64,000 nucleotides of DNA. It comes from a virus. The notes under the pieces are model-generated. The model did no database searches and had not been told where the DNA came from. It saw only the letters and a list, made by a program, of their open reading frames with translations. Every line of letters starts with the position of its first letter. The first letter of the stretch is position 1. Position numbers and translations under genes: made by a program. Below are positions 37,302-47,633 of this stretch, in pieces. Location: the IMG/VR virus record IMGVR_UViG_3300009177_000031, positions 1 to 64,000 of that record; one strand, given 5' to 3'.

Positions 37302-38074
37302 CGACAGCATCCACACTCCCAACGCCAAACAGCAGCACCGGCTTCATGTACTTCGAGCCGGTGCTGCGGCAGTTCTTGGCCTACCAGCTGAAGCAGATCA
37401 TCGCGAACGTGAACGATCCAGGCATCACGTTCATCGATGAGATGTTTGCGCGTTGGGGTGACGACGTGCGTTTGCAAATCAAGAAGTGGCTGGCGACGAC
37501 AGGTAACATCAGCGTCGACATCAACTTCCCTCAAGAGCACATGACGCTTCCGCTGATCGCGGTCGTGTCCGCAGAGGACAACGAGAAGACGGCTGAAGCA
37601 GTGCTCGGCGACTTCGGCGGCACGCTCTACATCGGTGGGAGTCAGGTCACGAAGTCGAATCCGCAAACGCTACCGCCGAACGTGTACGGTCAAGCAGAGG
37701 CGTTGCCGGATGATCGGCCGCTCGCAATGGAAGCGCGCTACTTGCTGTCGGTGCCGGAAGCACGCATCACGCGTTTGTACATCGCGACCGACGACGCGGA
37801 CTCGGTGCTGTACCTCTACACGATCGTGAAGGCGTTGCTGATCGTGAACAAGCTGGACTTCGATCAATTCGTCGGTGTGCGTAACCTGAAGCTGAACGGT
37901 GGCGACTTGGAGCACCGACAGGATCTGCTTCCGCAGTTCGCGTACATGAAGCAGCTCACGCTCAGCTACGACACCAACTTCGACGTTCCGACTTCCCCAA
38001 CTGGAACGATTGGGGGCATGAACGTTTCGATCACCGCAGCCTTCAACGGCGCGAACATCTCGCTCACTACGTAG
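37298..38074 (+). CDS. tail terminator-like protein
   Basis: Position before the sheath; ATGA coupling. Confidence 0.55.
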   Translation: MTTASTLPTPNSSTGFMYFEPVLRQFLAYQLKQIIANVNDPGITFIDEMFARWGDDVRLQIKKWLATTGNISVDINFPQEHMTLPLIAVVSAEDNEKTAEAVLGDFGGTLYIGGSQVTKSNPQTLPPNVYGQAEALPDDRPLAMEARYLLSVPEARITRLYIATDDADSVLYLYTIVKALLIVNKLDFDQFVGVRNLKLNGGDLEHRQDLLPQFAYMKQLTLSYDTNFDVPTSPTGTIGGMNVSITAAFNGANISLTT

Positions 38075-38083
38075 GAGGGATAG

Positions 38084-38440
38084 ATGGCTGACAGCAAGCT
38101 ACCGGGTACGCGCCAAACGGAGGAAGTCATCCTTGGGAAGAAGTTCCAAGGCGAGACGTTCGTGACCGTGAAGTCGGCTGCACAAGTCGAAGAGGTTGCG
38201 AAGCTGCACGAGACGTACGCTCACGAACACGCGGTTCCAATCGAGGCGTACTTCTCGATTCGCGGCCACAACGAACCCCACATGCGATCGATGTTGCTCG
38301 CGTACACGCAGGTGCGAAAGGCGACCGTCGAAGCGTTCGACGACATCTTCCACCTGTTCTTCCACACGACACCAAAGCCCCCAAAGGCTGCGCCAGAGGC
38401 AGATGCGCCAACGGCAACTGAACCTGCAAAGGAGGTCTGA
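38084..38440 (+). CDS. hypothetical protein
   Basis: GGAGG RBS; small gene before the sheath. Confidence 0.7.
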   Translation: MADSKLPGTRQTEEVILGKKFQGETFVTVKSAAQVEEVAKLHETYAHEHAVPIEAYFSIRGHNEPHMRSMLLAYTQVRKATVEAFDDIFHLFFHTTPKPPKAAPEADAPTATEPAKEV

Positions 38441-38443
38441 ACC

Positions 38444-40234
38444 ATGTCTCGTCAAGTTCTCTTCAACGGCGCAGTTCTGGTGCGTCCAGGCGCGTACACC
38501 AAGATCGACGCATCGCAGTTCCAGAGCATCGTGCTCAACGGCATCGGTGTCGTCGGCATCATCGGCAACGCCGATGGCGGACAGCCGCGTGTCGTGCAGA
38601 TCTTCAACAGCGCCGCAGCTGTGAAGGCTGCATATCGCAGCGGTGACATCGTCGAAGCCGCAGGGATTCTCTGCAATCCTGGCAACGACGATCTCATTCC
38701 TGCGGGCGCGCAAACGATCGTCACCTACAAGGTGAACAATGGAACGCAGGCGACGCTCGCAGCTGCACCGTTCACGTTCACGTCGAAGGATTGGGGGCTG
38801 TCGCAGAACTCGATCAACGTGCAGCTGACATCGCAAGGTGGCAACCTGCGCACGTTCATCTCGCAGGGTCTCGATCAGCTGAGCAACCTGATCGTCGAGA
38901 CGTCGCCGCAGTTCGGCGATCCGACGAAGTACGGCAAGTTCACGCTGAAGTACAACGGCACCGGCACGGCTGCGACCGTCACGATCACGTCGACGACGCT
39001 CACCACGACGGTTACCGCTGGTCCTGGTAGCGAGAACCTCGCGATCACGTTTGCGAACTTCGCTTCTCTGAACGACATCCTGTTCTTCATCAACGGCTTT
39101 GCCGGCGGTGTTTACGTCGCGACAGCACTCATCACGAACGCGCTGTCATTCAACCCGGCGAACCTCGATGCGGTCTCCGCGCTCGATATCAAGACGACGG
39201 CGCTGACGCTGATGGCGAACAACTTCGACGTCAGCGACTGGATCAACAACAACAGCCAGCTGATCACGTGCGTGCTGACGCAGGGACAAACCGGTCCTCG
39301 CGCTGCGCTCACGCTCACGGCTCTCGCTGGTGGAACGCTCGGCACGAGCGCGAACGCCGATTGGGTGACCGGCTTCACCGCTCTCGGTGGTGTTCGCATC
39401 AACCAGGTCGTGCCGCTCGCATCTGCGGATGCAACGACGGCACAAGGCACGTACACGATTGCGTCGGTCAACGCCGGTTTGCAATCGCACTGTTCGTTGC
39501 TGAGCGCGACCGCAGGCAAGAGCGAGCGTCAAGGTTGGGCGTCGTTCTCTGGAACGAAGACGAACCTGATCCTCGCGGCGCAGGGCCTGAACAGCCAGGA
39601 CGTTTGCATCAGCTCGCAGAAGCTGACGCGGCAGAGCGCGGTCACCGGCAACATCACGCAGTTCCCGGAGTGGTCACTGTCGTGTGTGCTCGCAGGCATG
39701 CGTGCAGGCGCACCGCTCGGCGAACCGCTGACGCACAAGTTGATCCTCGCGACCGCAATCGCGAGCGACGCATCGTGGTCGCCGAGCACGACGCAAGACG
39801 TGATCGATCTGCTTCTGAACGGCATCATCCTGGTGACGTCGGTGCAGGGTCGTGGTTTCCAGATCGAGAAGGGAATCACGACGTACACCAAGAGCAACAA
39901 CGACGCCTTCATCGAGGAGACGATCGTCCAGTGCTGGAAGTACATCGCGTTCACGTGGCGCACGAACCTGGAGAACCGCTACACCGGCCGGCCGATGGAC
40001 ATCGGTCAGATCAAGACGGTGATTCCGTTCTCTGTCTCGGTGTTGAACGGTTTGCGCCAGCAAGGCGTCATCACCGACAGCCTCGTGAACGGCGTGCAAA
40101 CGCCTGGCTTCAGCAACCTGCAAGTCACTGCGAGCGGTGACGTGCTGAACGTGTCCGGCAACGTGCAACCGACGTCCGGCATCAACTTCATCTTGAACAC
40201 CGCAGTGCTCGTTCCGGCGCAGTTCTCGGTCTGA
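38444..40234 (+). CDS. tail sheath protein
   Basis: FNG...RPGAY.KID, IIG.ADGG.P, SGD, KDWG, GEPLT.K, GITTY motifs; 596 aa. Confidence 0.93.
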   Translation: MSRQVLFNGAVLVRPGAYTKIDASQFQSIVLNGIGVVGIIGNADGGQPRVVQIFNSAAAVKAAYRSGDIVEAAGILCNPGNDDLIPAGAQTIVTYKVNNGTQATLAAAPFTFTSKDWGLSQNSINVQLTSQGGNLRTFISQGLDQLSNLIVETSPQFGDPTKYGKFTLKYNGTGTAATVTITSTTLTTTVTAGPGSENLAITFANFASLNDILFFINGFAGGVYVATALITNALSFNPANLDAVSALDIKTTALTLMANNFDVSDWINNNSQLITCVLTQGQTGPRAALTLTALAGGTLGTSANADWVTGFTALGGVRINQVVPLASADATTAQGTYTIASVNAGLQSHCSLLSATAGKSERQGWASFSGTKTNLILAAQGLNSQDVCISSQKLTRQSAVTGNITQFPEWSLSCVLAGMRAGAPLGEPLTHKLILATAIASDASWSPSTTQDVIDLLLNGIILVTSVQGRGFQIEKGITTYTKSNNDAFIEETIVQCWKYIAFTWRTNLENRYTGRPMDIGQIKTVIPFSVSVLNGLRQQGVITDSLVNGVQTPGFSNLQVTASGDVLNVSGNVQPTSGINFILNTAVLVPAQFSV

Positions 40235-40251
40235 AAGAAAGGAGCTGAGCA

Positions 40252-40740
40252 ATGGCGGCAGAACTTCCATTCAGCGACGTCGGCACACGGACTTTCTCCG
40301 GTGCGCGTGCGCGCTTCTACTTCAACGGTACGCAGGTGGCGTACGCATCAGGCTGCGATGGGTCCGAGGAGATCCAAATGGAGCCTGTCGAGGTGCTGGA
40401 CAACCTCGCGGTGAAGGAACACGTTCCGGTCGGCTACCGGGTGACGTTCAACGCGAGCATCTTCCGCACCGTCGCGAGCGGCGCGAGCACGGATGTGGCG
40501 CCTGGCTCTCTCAAGGAGCAAGGCATCTTTCCGAAGTTCGGTACGCGCGGTGAGCGCATCCTGCAACTGACGCCTGTCACGGTGTTCATCCAGGATCGCA
40601 ACAGCGGCAAGGTGCTGTACGTGATCGAGGGCGTCAAGCCGTCGTCGCAAAACTTCAGCATCACGGCGCGCGGTGTCGTGGCGCAGAACGTCTCCTTCGT
40701 CGCGATCACGATGAAGGACGAAGCCGAGATCAACGCGTAA
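40252..40740 (+). CDS. tail tube protein
   Basis: Follows the sheath; TFSGARA...EHVPVGY; 162 aa. Confidence 0.85.
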   Translation: MAAELPFSDVGTRTFSGARARFYFNGTQVAYASGCDGSEEIQMEPVEVLDNLAVKEHVPVGYRVTFNASIFRTVASGASTDVAPGSLKEQGIFPKFGTRGERILQLTPVTVFIQDRNSGKVLYVIEGVKPSSQNFSITARGVVAQNVSFVAITMKDEAEINA

Positions 40741-40755
40741 CGAAAGGAGACTGAC

Positions 40756-41271
40756 ATGACTGCACGTTTACGCTCGGACATGACGAACATCCTCACCGGT
40801 GTCGTCACTGCCGGTAGCACACCGCCGATTGTCGAGACGCAGACCAACCTGTTTCTCGATCTGATCGACAGCTCGTACTTCAGCACCGACACGCTTCCGT
40901 CGTTCTCGCCTGCGGTGGGAACGCCGTTGCCAATCGTGTTCGGTGTTCCTGTCTTCGCCGACGTCAACATCCCGGATGCGGCTGGTACCAACACGTACCA
41001 GGTCATCATGCCGTTCAAGGGAACGCTCATCGGCATCGACGTCAACAAGTCGGTTGCAGGCGCTGGCAACACGATCCAGATCACGCAGGCAGGCGGTACG
41101 GCAATCACCGATGCGATTGTCGCAGCGGTCGACAAGGCGGTGACTCACGTCGGCACGATCGATCCTGCGGTGCGCGACTTCGCGGCTGGCGACATCCTCA
41201 AGATCGTCGCGGTGCGTGCGGCCGGTTCGATGCTTTGCAAGGTTCGGTTTTGGGTCATCAAGACGCCGTGA
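40756..41271 (+). CDS. hypothetical virion protein
   Basis: AAAGGAG RBS; beta-sandwich-like C-terminal half. Confidence 0.7.
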   Translation: MTARLRSDMTNILTGVVTAGSTPPIVETQTNLFLDLIDSSYFSTDTLPSFSPAVGTPLPIVFGVPVFADVNIPDAAGTNTYQVIMPFKGTLIGIDVNKSVAGAGNTIQITQAGGTAITDAIVAAVDKAVTHVGTIDPAVRDFAAGDILKIVAVRAAGSMLCKVRFWVIKTP

Positions 41272-41278
41272 GGAACTG

Positions 41279-41617
41279 ATGCCATCGCTTCGTCAGCTGG
41301 AAGCGCATTTCGTCAAATACTTCCACGAAGGCATCGTGGAGTATTGGCAACGCGTTGACACGCTCGCCGAAGCGGATGGTCTCTGGTTTCTCTGTCCGAA
41401 GTGTTTTGCAAACGTAGGTCATACCGGTTGTCACGGTGTGCTTTGTTGGTTTGAGTACAAGGTACCTGACGATGTGAAGCCAGGGCCTGGTCGCTGGAAC
41501 CCACAAGGGACATCGCTGGACGATCTGTCGTTTGTGCCAGGCAAGAAGTCGCACAGCGTTCAGCTGAACGGCGGATGCAATTGGCACGGCTTCGTCACAA
41601 ACGGTCAAGCAGAGTAG
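41279..41617 (+). CDS. DUF6527-like small Cys/His protein
   Basis: FLCPKC...H...RW..G...LSF..S...CNWHGFVTNG. Confidence 0.6.
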   Translation: MPSLRQLEAHFVKYFHEGIVEYWQRVDTLAEADGLWFLCPKCFANVGHTGCHGVLCWFEYKVPDDVKPGPGRWNPQGTSLDDLSFVPGKKSHSVQLNGGCNWHGFVTNGQAE

Positions 41618-41627
41618 AGGGGTAAAC

Positions 41628-41984
41628 ATGTCGACGAGCGCGCAACGAGTCACCACCGTGCAGTTCACTGGAGACGTCACGTTTCCGTTGACGCCGACAC
41701 CGACGGCGAACAATCCGACGTCGCCTGCGAGCGAGATCCTGATGTCGCTCTCAGCTGGCGACAACGTCATCGCGATCCCAACGACCGGTGCGCCAGCTGC
41801 GGCGGTGATGATCTTGAAGCCGAGCGGCAACAACATCGTGCTCAAGCTCAAGGGCATCGCCGGTGACACCGGGGTGCTGTTGCACAAGACGGACTACGAC
41901 ATCATCAGCCTGGATCCGACGGCGGTGTCGTTCATCATCAACGCCGCTTCGCAGGTGAACGGCGTGCGTTTGGTTTGGATGTAA
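41628..41984 (+). CDS. hypothetical beta-rich protein
   Basis: ATG with purine-rich RBS; codon usage. Confidence 0.7.
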   Translation: MSTSAQRVTTVQFTGDVTFPLTPTPTANNPTSPASEILMSLSAGDNVIAIPTTGAPAAAVMILKPSGNNIVLKLKGIAGDTGVLLHKTDYDIISLDPTAVSFIINAASQVNGVRLVWM

Positions 41985-42039
41985 ACGAAAGGAGTCGTGC
42001 GCTGTACGCGGCAACGAAGCCGCAGAAAGCGAGACAGCT

Positions 42040-42366
42040 ATGGATAAGACGAAGGCACTCAAGGTTGGCGACCACATCATCTTCGTGGACGAGAAGCGCG
42101 TTGCTCACGATGCTCTTGTCGAAACGTGGTGGTTGGGTGCGACTTACGTGGACGGTAAGGCCATTGCAAACGACTCGATCGAGAAATTCGAGCGCGAGTT
42201 CGGTGAAGGCAAGCGACCGGCTGTGAACCTGGTGTTCATCTCCGACGATCCGGATCACCGCGATCAGTACGGTGGACAGAAGGTGCACAAGGGTTCTGTC
42301 ATTCACGGCGATGTGCAAACGCCTCCGCGCCTTGGGAACTACTGGTTGTTCGCCAGTGAGCTGTAG
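42040..42366 (+). CDS. hypothetical protein
   Basis: KVGD.I.FVD...ALV...NLVF pattern seen in small phage proteins. Confidence 0.65.
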   Translation: MDKTKALKVGDHIIFVDEKRVAHDALVETWWLGATYVDGKAIANDSIEKFEREFGEGKRPAVNLVFISDDPDHRDQYGGQKVHKGSVIHGDVQTPPRLGNYWLFASEL

Positions 42367-42468
42367 TTGAGTCAAGCGTCGGCGAGGAACCGAGTAGGGA
42401 CCGAGCAAAGCCGAAGCTGTTTCGTAGTCGCGTAGAGAGCACGAACCAAAACCTAGAAGGAGAAGCCG

Positions 42469-42894
42469 ATGTCAGACGAGAAGCCGGAAGAGAAGAAGGA
42501 CGAGAAGAAGGAGCACGTGGAAGTTCGAGACGTCACCGCAGAGGGTGCCGAGAAGAACAAAGAGCTGCGCTTCACGAAGCGCTTCCACATGGTCGTTCGC
42601 GACGAGGGCGGCGAGACCATGCACGAGGGTGAGTTCACGATCAAGCGTCCGACGATCGGCGAGTCCGCGCGCATCGGCGTGTTGATGGCCGAGTACCGTC
42701 AGGACAAGCCGATCTCAGCGCTCGACTACGCCACCGTGAAGACGCACGAGTGGCTGGCGACATGCGTGGTGTGCGTGACGAAAGCGCCTCCGTGGTGGGA
42801 CCCGGAGAACATGTACGACAACGAACCGCTTGCGAAGTGCTACGCAGAGGTCGTAGCTTTCGTGAACTCGTTTCGTAAAGCTGTGGAGAAATGA
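42469..42894 (+). CDS. tail assembly chaperone (G-like)
   Basis: Two genes upstream of the tape measure; G.FT.KRPT, KAP.WW, ends NSFRK. Confidence 0.75.
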   Translation: MSDEKPEEKKDEKKEHVEVRDVTAEGAEKNKELRFTKRFHMVVRDEGGETMHEGEFTIKRPTIGESARIGVLMAEYRQDKPISALDYATVKTHEWLATCVVCVTKAPPWWDPENMYDNEPLAKCYAEVVAFVNSFRKAVEK

Positions 42895-42910
42895 CTTCGA
42901 GAAGCTGCGC

Positions 42911-43360
42911 ATGGTCGCAGCTGCGAAGCTTCAAGCTGACCAATTGCAATGGTGGTGGTGCAATCACTACCGCAGGCCGCTCAAAGATCCGCTGCTTCAG
43001 GAGTACACGCTAGAGGAGCTTCAGATCGAACACTTCATGTACCTCATCGATGAGGATCCGCAGCAAGCCTACCCACGCGGCGACATGGGAAACATCCAGT
43101 TCAGAACTGGTGATCCGATCATCGACGAATGGGAGAAGCAGCTAGCTGAAGGCAAGGACCCTTCGCAAATCGATTGGGACGTTGGTGTCGATCAGGACTT
43201 CCTCAAGCGGTTCAAGGAATACTCGAAGCGCGTTGCCGAGCGTTTGGATCCAGCGCTCGCAGAAGCTCGTTTGAAAGAGGAAGTCGCTCCGCAATTGCCA
43301 CCGTTGGAGCGTGACGAGTTCCTCGAAAGCTTGGTCGGAGGCTTCAAAGACACCTATTGA
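42911..43360 (+). CDS. tail assembly chaperone second part (T-like), probably reached by +1 frameshift
   Basis: Frame open from 42866; weak RBS at 42911; directly upstream of the tape measure. Confidence 0.65.
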   Translation: MVAAAKLQADQLQWWWCNHYRRPLKDPLLQEYTLEELQIEHFMYLIDEDPQQAYPRGDMGNIQFRTGDPIIDEWEKQLAEGKDPSQIDWDVGVDQDFLKRFKEYSKRVAERLDPALAEARLKEEVAPQLPPLERDEFLESLVGGFKDTY

Positions 43361-43368
43361 GGTAGCAC

Positions 43369-45684
43369 GTGGCTGACGAACCTGACGCGACACTCACAAT
43401 CGAACCGGACGAGCCTGCATTCGTCAAAGCCATCGGCGAGATGGCGAAGGCGATGGAGGAGCGTTTCAAGAAGTCTGGCCAGGCGATGAAAAGCGTCTTC
43501 GGCGCAGGCGTGTTCGGTTTGAATCCAGGGCAGAGCTTCAGCCAATCTCCGATGGTCCAACAGACCAAGGAGATGGAGAAGCAACTGAAGTGGGCGAAGG
43601 AGCTGAACAAGGTCGAGCGCGATCGGCGTGAGGTTGCGCGCGCACGTCGTTTCGATGAGAACCGAGCGCGCTACGGTGACAGTGTCGAGCTGGACGAGAA
43701 CGGCAACGTCAAGCGTCGACGTCGTGTTGGTGGCGACGAGGAACGTCAAGCTGCGCGCGGTCGCGCCTACGCAACCGGCATCGGCGCAGCTGGCAGCATC
43801 GCGTTTGGCGGTGGCTCGATGCAGTCTGGTTTGCAGGCAGGTCAGATGCTCGCAAACGCGATTGCACCGGAAGCTGCGCCGGTGACGAACGCGATCACCG
43901 GTTTGGTGATGGACGCGTTGAACGCAGCTGACACACGAACGGAAGCAGCGCTTCGCGCGTACCAGGTCGGTGGATCGAAGGGCGCAAACCAGATCTTGCA
44001 GAGCGGCGACGCAAACGCGTGGCGTGGTTTCGACTACGAGCGCTACGTGAACATGCAGGTCGCTCTCGGACGTCGCACCGGTCAAACTGGTGCAGGTATG
44101 GGCTCAGCGATGAACGCTGAGAACGGCTTTGGTCTCGGCGGCAACCTCATCAACCTGTTTGGTGCGTCGACGCGATCCGGTACCAACATCGCCAAAGGTG
44201 GCAACGAAGAGAAGATCGTCGGCACCGCGTTCGGTCTCGCCGTCTCGGAGAACATCGGCAAGGGCCGCTTTGGCGAAGTGCTCGATCAGCTCACCGGAGC
44301 GATGGAGCAGAACACGAAGGGCGTTGCCGACATCGGTGAAATCGCAGACCGCTTCCAGTTCATTTCGCAGCTCGGCGATCAGTACAAGGGCAACAGCGCT
44401 GGCTCGCGCGAGATGAACCAGAGCCTGACGGCGCTGTCGCAAGGCAATCGTCCGTACACGCAATTGGCGATGCTGCGCGCAGCCGGGTTTGGAAAGCCTG
44501 GCGTGAGCTACGCGCAAGCGTGGCTGCGCACGCAAACCGGTCTCGACGTAGCTGGTGGCGTGTCCAGCGAGGACATGATCAAGAACAACTTCGGTTCGTA
44601 CATCCCTGCGTACGCGAAGGGTGACGCGAACCAGAAGGCATCGATCGTGATGCAGCTTAGTTTGCTCACTGGTATGAACGGTGCGCAGGTGAAGGCGATC
44701 ATGGATCGGCTCGCGTCAGGGCCGCTCGGTCATGTCGATTCAGCGTCCGGCATGGCTGCGTTCAACCAAATGACAGCGTATGGGCCTGGCTCGGATCTCG
44801 ACAAGCTCACGCGTGTCCGGCAAGAGCGTGCGAAGGCCGAGTCGGCGAAAGCGCGCGCAGGCAACTCGACACGCAATTGGATCGACGCGATCGGTGACGT
44901 TGTGCTCGGACCGCTCGGCTCCAAGATCCTTCCTGCGGCTGACAATCAGGGTGGGCTCGATAGCCTTCCAAACGGCACTGGCAATGCTGTTGGTGGTGGA
45001 GGTGGCGCAGGTGGAGGTGGTGGCGCATTCGATCCAGCTAGCGTTCAGAACAACACGTCGTTTGTGAACGATTGGATCAGGATGGAGTCTGGTGGAAACA
45101 TTCAGAGCCGCGACTCAGGTATCGGTTTGGAGGATTGGCGTGGAGCACGTGGCTACGCGCAGCTCACGCGTGAGGAAGCGCGCGGACTCGGCATCACGTC
45201 CGACGAAGACTTCCGTCGTTTGTCGACGGACCCTGAATACTCGATGGAGATGAGCAAGAAGCTCATCGCGTCGAAGGCGATCCAAGCTGTCGCGGTCGCG
45301 AAAGCGCGCGGTTTGCAGTGGTCGCAATCCGACATGCTGCACCTGACGAAGTACGAGCACGGTGGTTCAGGCTTCGTCGAAGCTGGTTTGAATCAGTTCG
45401 TGTCGAAGGTCGGACGCAATCCGCAATCGTGGAACGAATACTACCAAGCGATGAACAAGAATCTGCAAGACGATCCGTCGCGTGGTGTCACCGCGTACCA
45501 AGCGCAGCGCGCGCTCGACAACGCGAACAACATCAAGACTGGCGGTGGCCAGGTCACGGTGGTCGTTGTCGACAAGACGCAGCACGGTGTCGACGTGCAG
45601 CACGAAACGCAGTCGTACGCGCAGCAAGCTCGGAAGGCTGCACCTGGCGACGTTCCAATCACGAGTCCTGATCAGCTCCCATGA
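43369..45684 (+). CDS. tape measure protein with C-terminal lytic-transglycosylase-like domain
   Basis: Ala/Gly-rich helical protein after the chaperones; WIRMESGGN...ARGYAQL lysozyme-like motif. Confidence 0.8.
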   Translation: MADEPDATLTIEPDEPAFVKAIGEMAKAMEERFKKSGQAMKSVFGAGVFGLNPGQSFSQSPMVQQTKEMEKQLKWAKELNKVERDRREVARARRFDENRARYGDSVELDENGNVKRRRRVGGDEERQAARGRAYATGIGAAGSIAFGGGSMQSGLQAGQMLANAIAPEAAPVTNAITGLVMDALNAADTRTEAALRAYQVGGSKGANQILQSGDANAWRGFDYERYVNMQVALGRRTGQTGAGMGSAMNAENGFGLGGNLINLFGASTRSGTNIAKGGNEEKIVGTAFGLAVSENIGKGRFGEVLDQLTGAMEQNTKGVADIGEIADRFQFISQLGDQYKGNSAGSREMNQSLTALSQGNRPYTQLAMLRAAGFGKPGVSYAQAWLRTQTGLDVAGGVSSEDMIKNNFGSYIPAYAKGDANQKASIVMQLSLLTGMNGAQVKAIMDRLASGPLGHVDSASGMAAFNQMTAYGPGSDLDKLTRVRQERAKAESAKARAGNSTRNWIDAIGDVVLGPLGSKILPAADNQGGLDSLPNGTGNAVGGGGGAGGGGGAFDPASVQNNTSFVNDWIRMESGGNIQSRDSGIGLEDWRGARGYAQLTREEARGLGITSDEDFRRLSTDPEYSMEMSKKLIASKAIQAVAVAKARGLQWSQSDMLHLTKYEHGGSGFVEAGLNQFVSKVGRNPQSWNEYYQAMNKNLQDDPSRGVTAYQAQRALDNANNIKTGGGQVTVVVVDKTQHGVDVQHETQSYAQQARKAAPGDVPITSPDQLP

Positions 45685-47633
45685 CGACACCTCAAGTCCA
45701 AATCCCGGAAGTAATCGAGGGCTACAGCGATGTGCGCGTCGTTTGGTACAACGCGCAAATGAAGCCGTCGTGGTTTCGCGTGAACATCGGTGCTGGTGAC
45801 GCGGAAGGTGGACCACCTGTTCTCGATCCAGAGCAGAACACGCAAAACGCGGTGCAGGCGCAGCTCGCGCAGCAAGCTGGCAACGCGAAGCAACAGCTGA
45901 CGGAGCTGAACAAGTTCCCAATTGCAGCGCGCGGCACCGAGTACGAGAACGGCAACGAGCTGATCACGGACGGCGACAGCGACGTGGCGCAGATGTCGTG
46001 GAACAAGGACATGGAGTCGCCTGCGGGCGTACTCAACCTCGTCCTGTTTCCGAAGCGCGACTACGCGCACCTGATGCAGCCGGAAGACATCCTCATCATC
46101 TACGGTCGTGCCGACAAGTACAAACCGGAGACGATGCTCGCGATGGTGTCGGTCGACTCGGTTCGTTTGTCGCGCGTGGTCGATGGAAGCGGTGCGACGA
46201 TCGAACGCGTGAACGTGACGGCGCGCGATTTGGGCAAGGTGTTGATGGAGACGCCGACGGTTTACGACCAAGCGTTTGGTGGGAAGACGATCCAGAAGTT
46301 CTTCTCGCAGTTCGTCAAGGCGTTCACCGAAGGTCAAGCGCAAGGAGGGCCGAGTCTCGTCGTGCAAACGATGCTCGCCATCTTCTTCTCGATTCGCCAA
46401 AACTTTGTCACGACGTCGGTGGGTGCCGAGGTGCCGACGTCCGACGAGCCTGCCCTGCAATCAGGTCCGCTTCGCTCGTGGCGCTTCCCTGGCACGCGCG
46501 ACATCTCGCTGTTCTCGTACATCGATCTGTCGTCGTTCGTGCAAACGCCGATGGTGGGTGCGCTCGTCGTTGAAGGCACGGTGTTGCAGAACGCCGGCAA
46601 CCTCTGGCAGCTCTGTGACATGTACGCGAACCGTTTGGTGAACGAGTTCTTCATCGACACGCGTGATCTCGTCGACGGCTACGACGCGCCTCACAAACGC
46701 GCTGGCTACTTCGCACAGCAATTCCTCAAAGGCCAAGGCGACGACGGCACCGATCAGAAGCAGAAGATCGACTCGCTTCAGCGCACGATTACGCTGGCGC
46801 CAGAGCTGTTGGAGGACTCGAAGAACAAGCCAGAGCTGTTGAGCAAGATCGCGGCTGCGGACTTCAACCACTCGCCGCAATCAGGCAACGGTGCAGGCAG
46901 CGTCATCGCGCTCGTGCACCGCCAGTACCCGTACGACACGTTCTCGTTCTACATGCTTCCGACCACGGTCATCTACGAGACCGAGGTGTTCGACGTCGCA
47001 TTGGAGCGTGGCTCGCACGACATCCTCAACTTCTTCCGTGTGCGCTTCCCTGGCTTGGTCGAAGGTGTCTCGCAGGATCTTCAGTTCGGCACCACGATCA
47101 ATCGTTTGTCGTGCGAGCAACACGGCATCCGTCGGTTCGAGGGCGAGAGCATCTATCCGTACGTCAACGACAAGACGGACAACAACGGCTTCATCTCGTC
47201 GTTTCAGCCGACGTTCGATTACTACATGTCGTGCGTCACCGCGTGGTATGCGTACAACGAGCGTTTGCTCGAAGGCACGATGACGATGCGGTTCCGACCG
47301 GACATCCGCATTGGAACGCGTTTGACGTTCGTCTACACGCGTAAAGGCAAGGTGCAGGTCTCTGACTTCTACGTGCAGCGCGTCTCGCACACGTACACGC
47401 CGCAACCGAACACGTCGCGAACGACGGTGGATCTCGTGCGTGGCGTGGAGCGTCTCGATGTGTCGACGGTTGGCGATTCGCCGGAAACGCACTTGTACTG
47501 GACGAACGAAGGGCGCTCGCTCGATCCAGATCCGTACGAGACGGTGGTGTCGGAGGACATCTTCACGACGTCGAACGTGCAAGCGCCAGACGTTCAGCCG
47601 ACGCAGCTCGCGCCGGACCAAGGAGACTCGTGA
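45681..47633 (+). CDS. baseplate hub protein
   Basis: Position; ARDLGKVL, NEFF.D, GT.T.R.RPDIRIG.RL, FYV..VSH...T...L.RG. Confidence 0.75.
   Translation: MTTPQVQIPEVIEGYSDVRVVWYNAQMKPSWFRVNIGAGDAEGGPPVLDPEQNTQNAVQAQLAQQAGNAKQQLTELNKFPIAARGTEYENGNELITDGDSDVAQMSWNKDMESPAGVLNLVLFPKRDYAHLMQPEDILIIYGRADKYKPETMLAMVSVDSVRLSRVVDGSGATIERVNVTARDLGKVLMETPTVYDQAFGGKTIQKFFSQFVKAFTEGQAQGGPSLVVQTMLAIFFSIRQNFVTTSVGAEVPTSDEPALQSGPLRSWRFPGTRDISLFSYIDLSSFVQTPMVGALVVEGTVLQNAGNLWQLCDMYANRLVNEFFIDTRDLVDGYDAPHKRAGYFAQQFLKGQGDDGTDQKQKIDSLQRTITLAPELLEDSKNKPELLSKIAAADFNHSPQSGNGAGSVIALVHRQYPYDTFSFYMLPTTVIYETEVFDVALERGSHDILNFFRVRFPGLVEGVSQDLQFGTTINRLSCEQHGIRRFEGESIYPYVNDKTDNNGFISSFQPTFDYYMSCVTAWYAYNERLLEGTMTMRFRPDIRIGTRLTFVYTRKGKVQVSDFYVQRVSHTYTPQPNTSRTTVDLVRGVERLDVSTVGDSPETHLYWTNEGRSLDPDPYETVVSEDIFTTSNVQAPDVQPTQLAPDQGDS

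Noticed and set aside
42367-42468. Intergenic stretch with short repeats (GGAACCGAG/GGGACCGAG) as an ncRNA
   Set aside because: Only weak pairing; no recognisable RNA family or strong hairpin.
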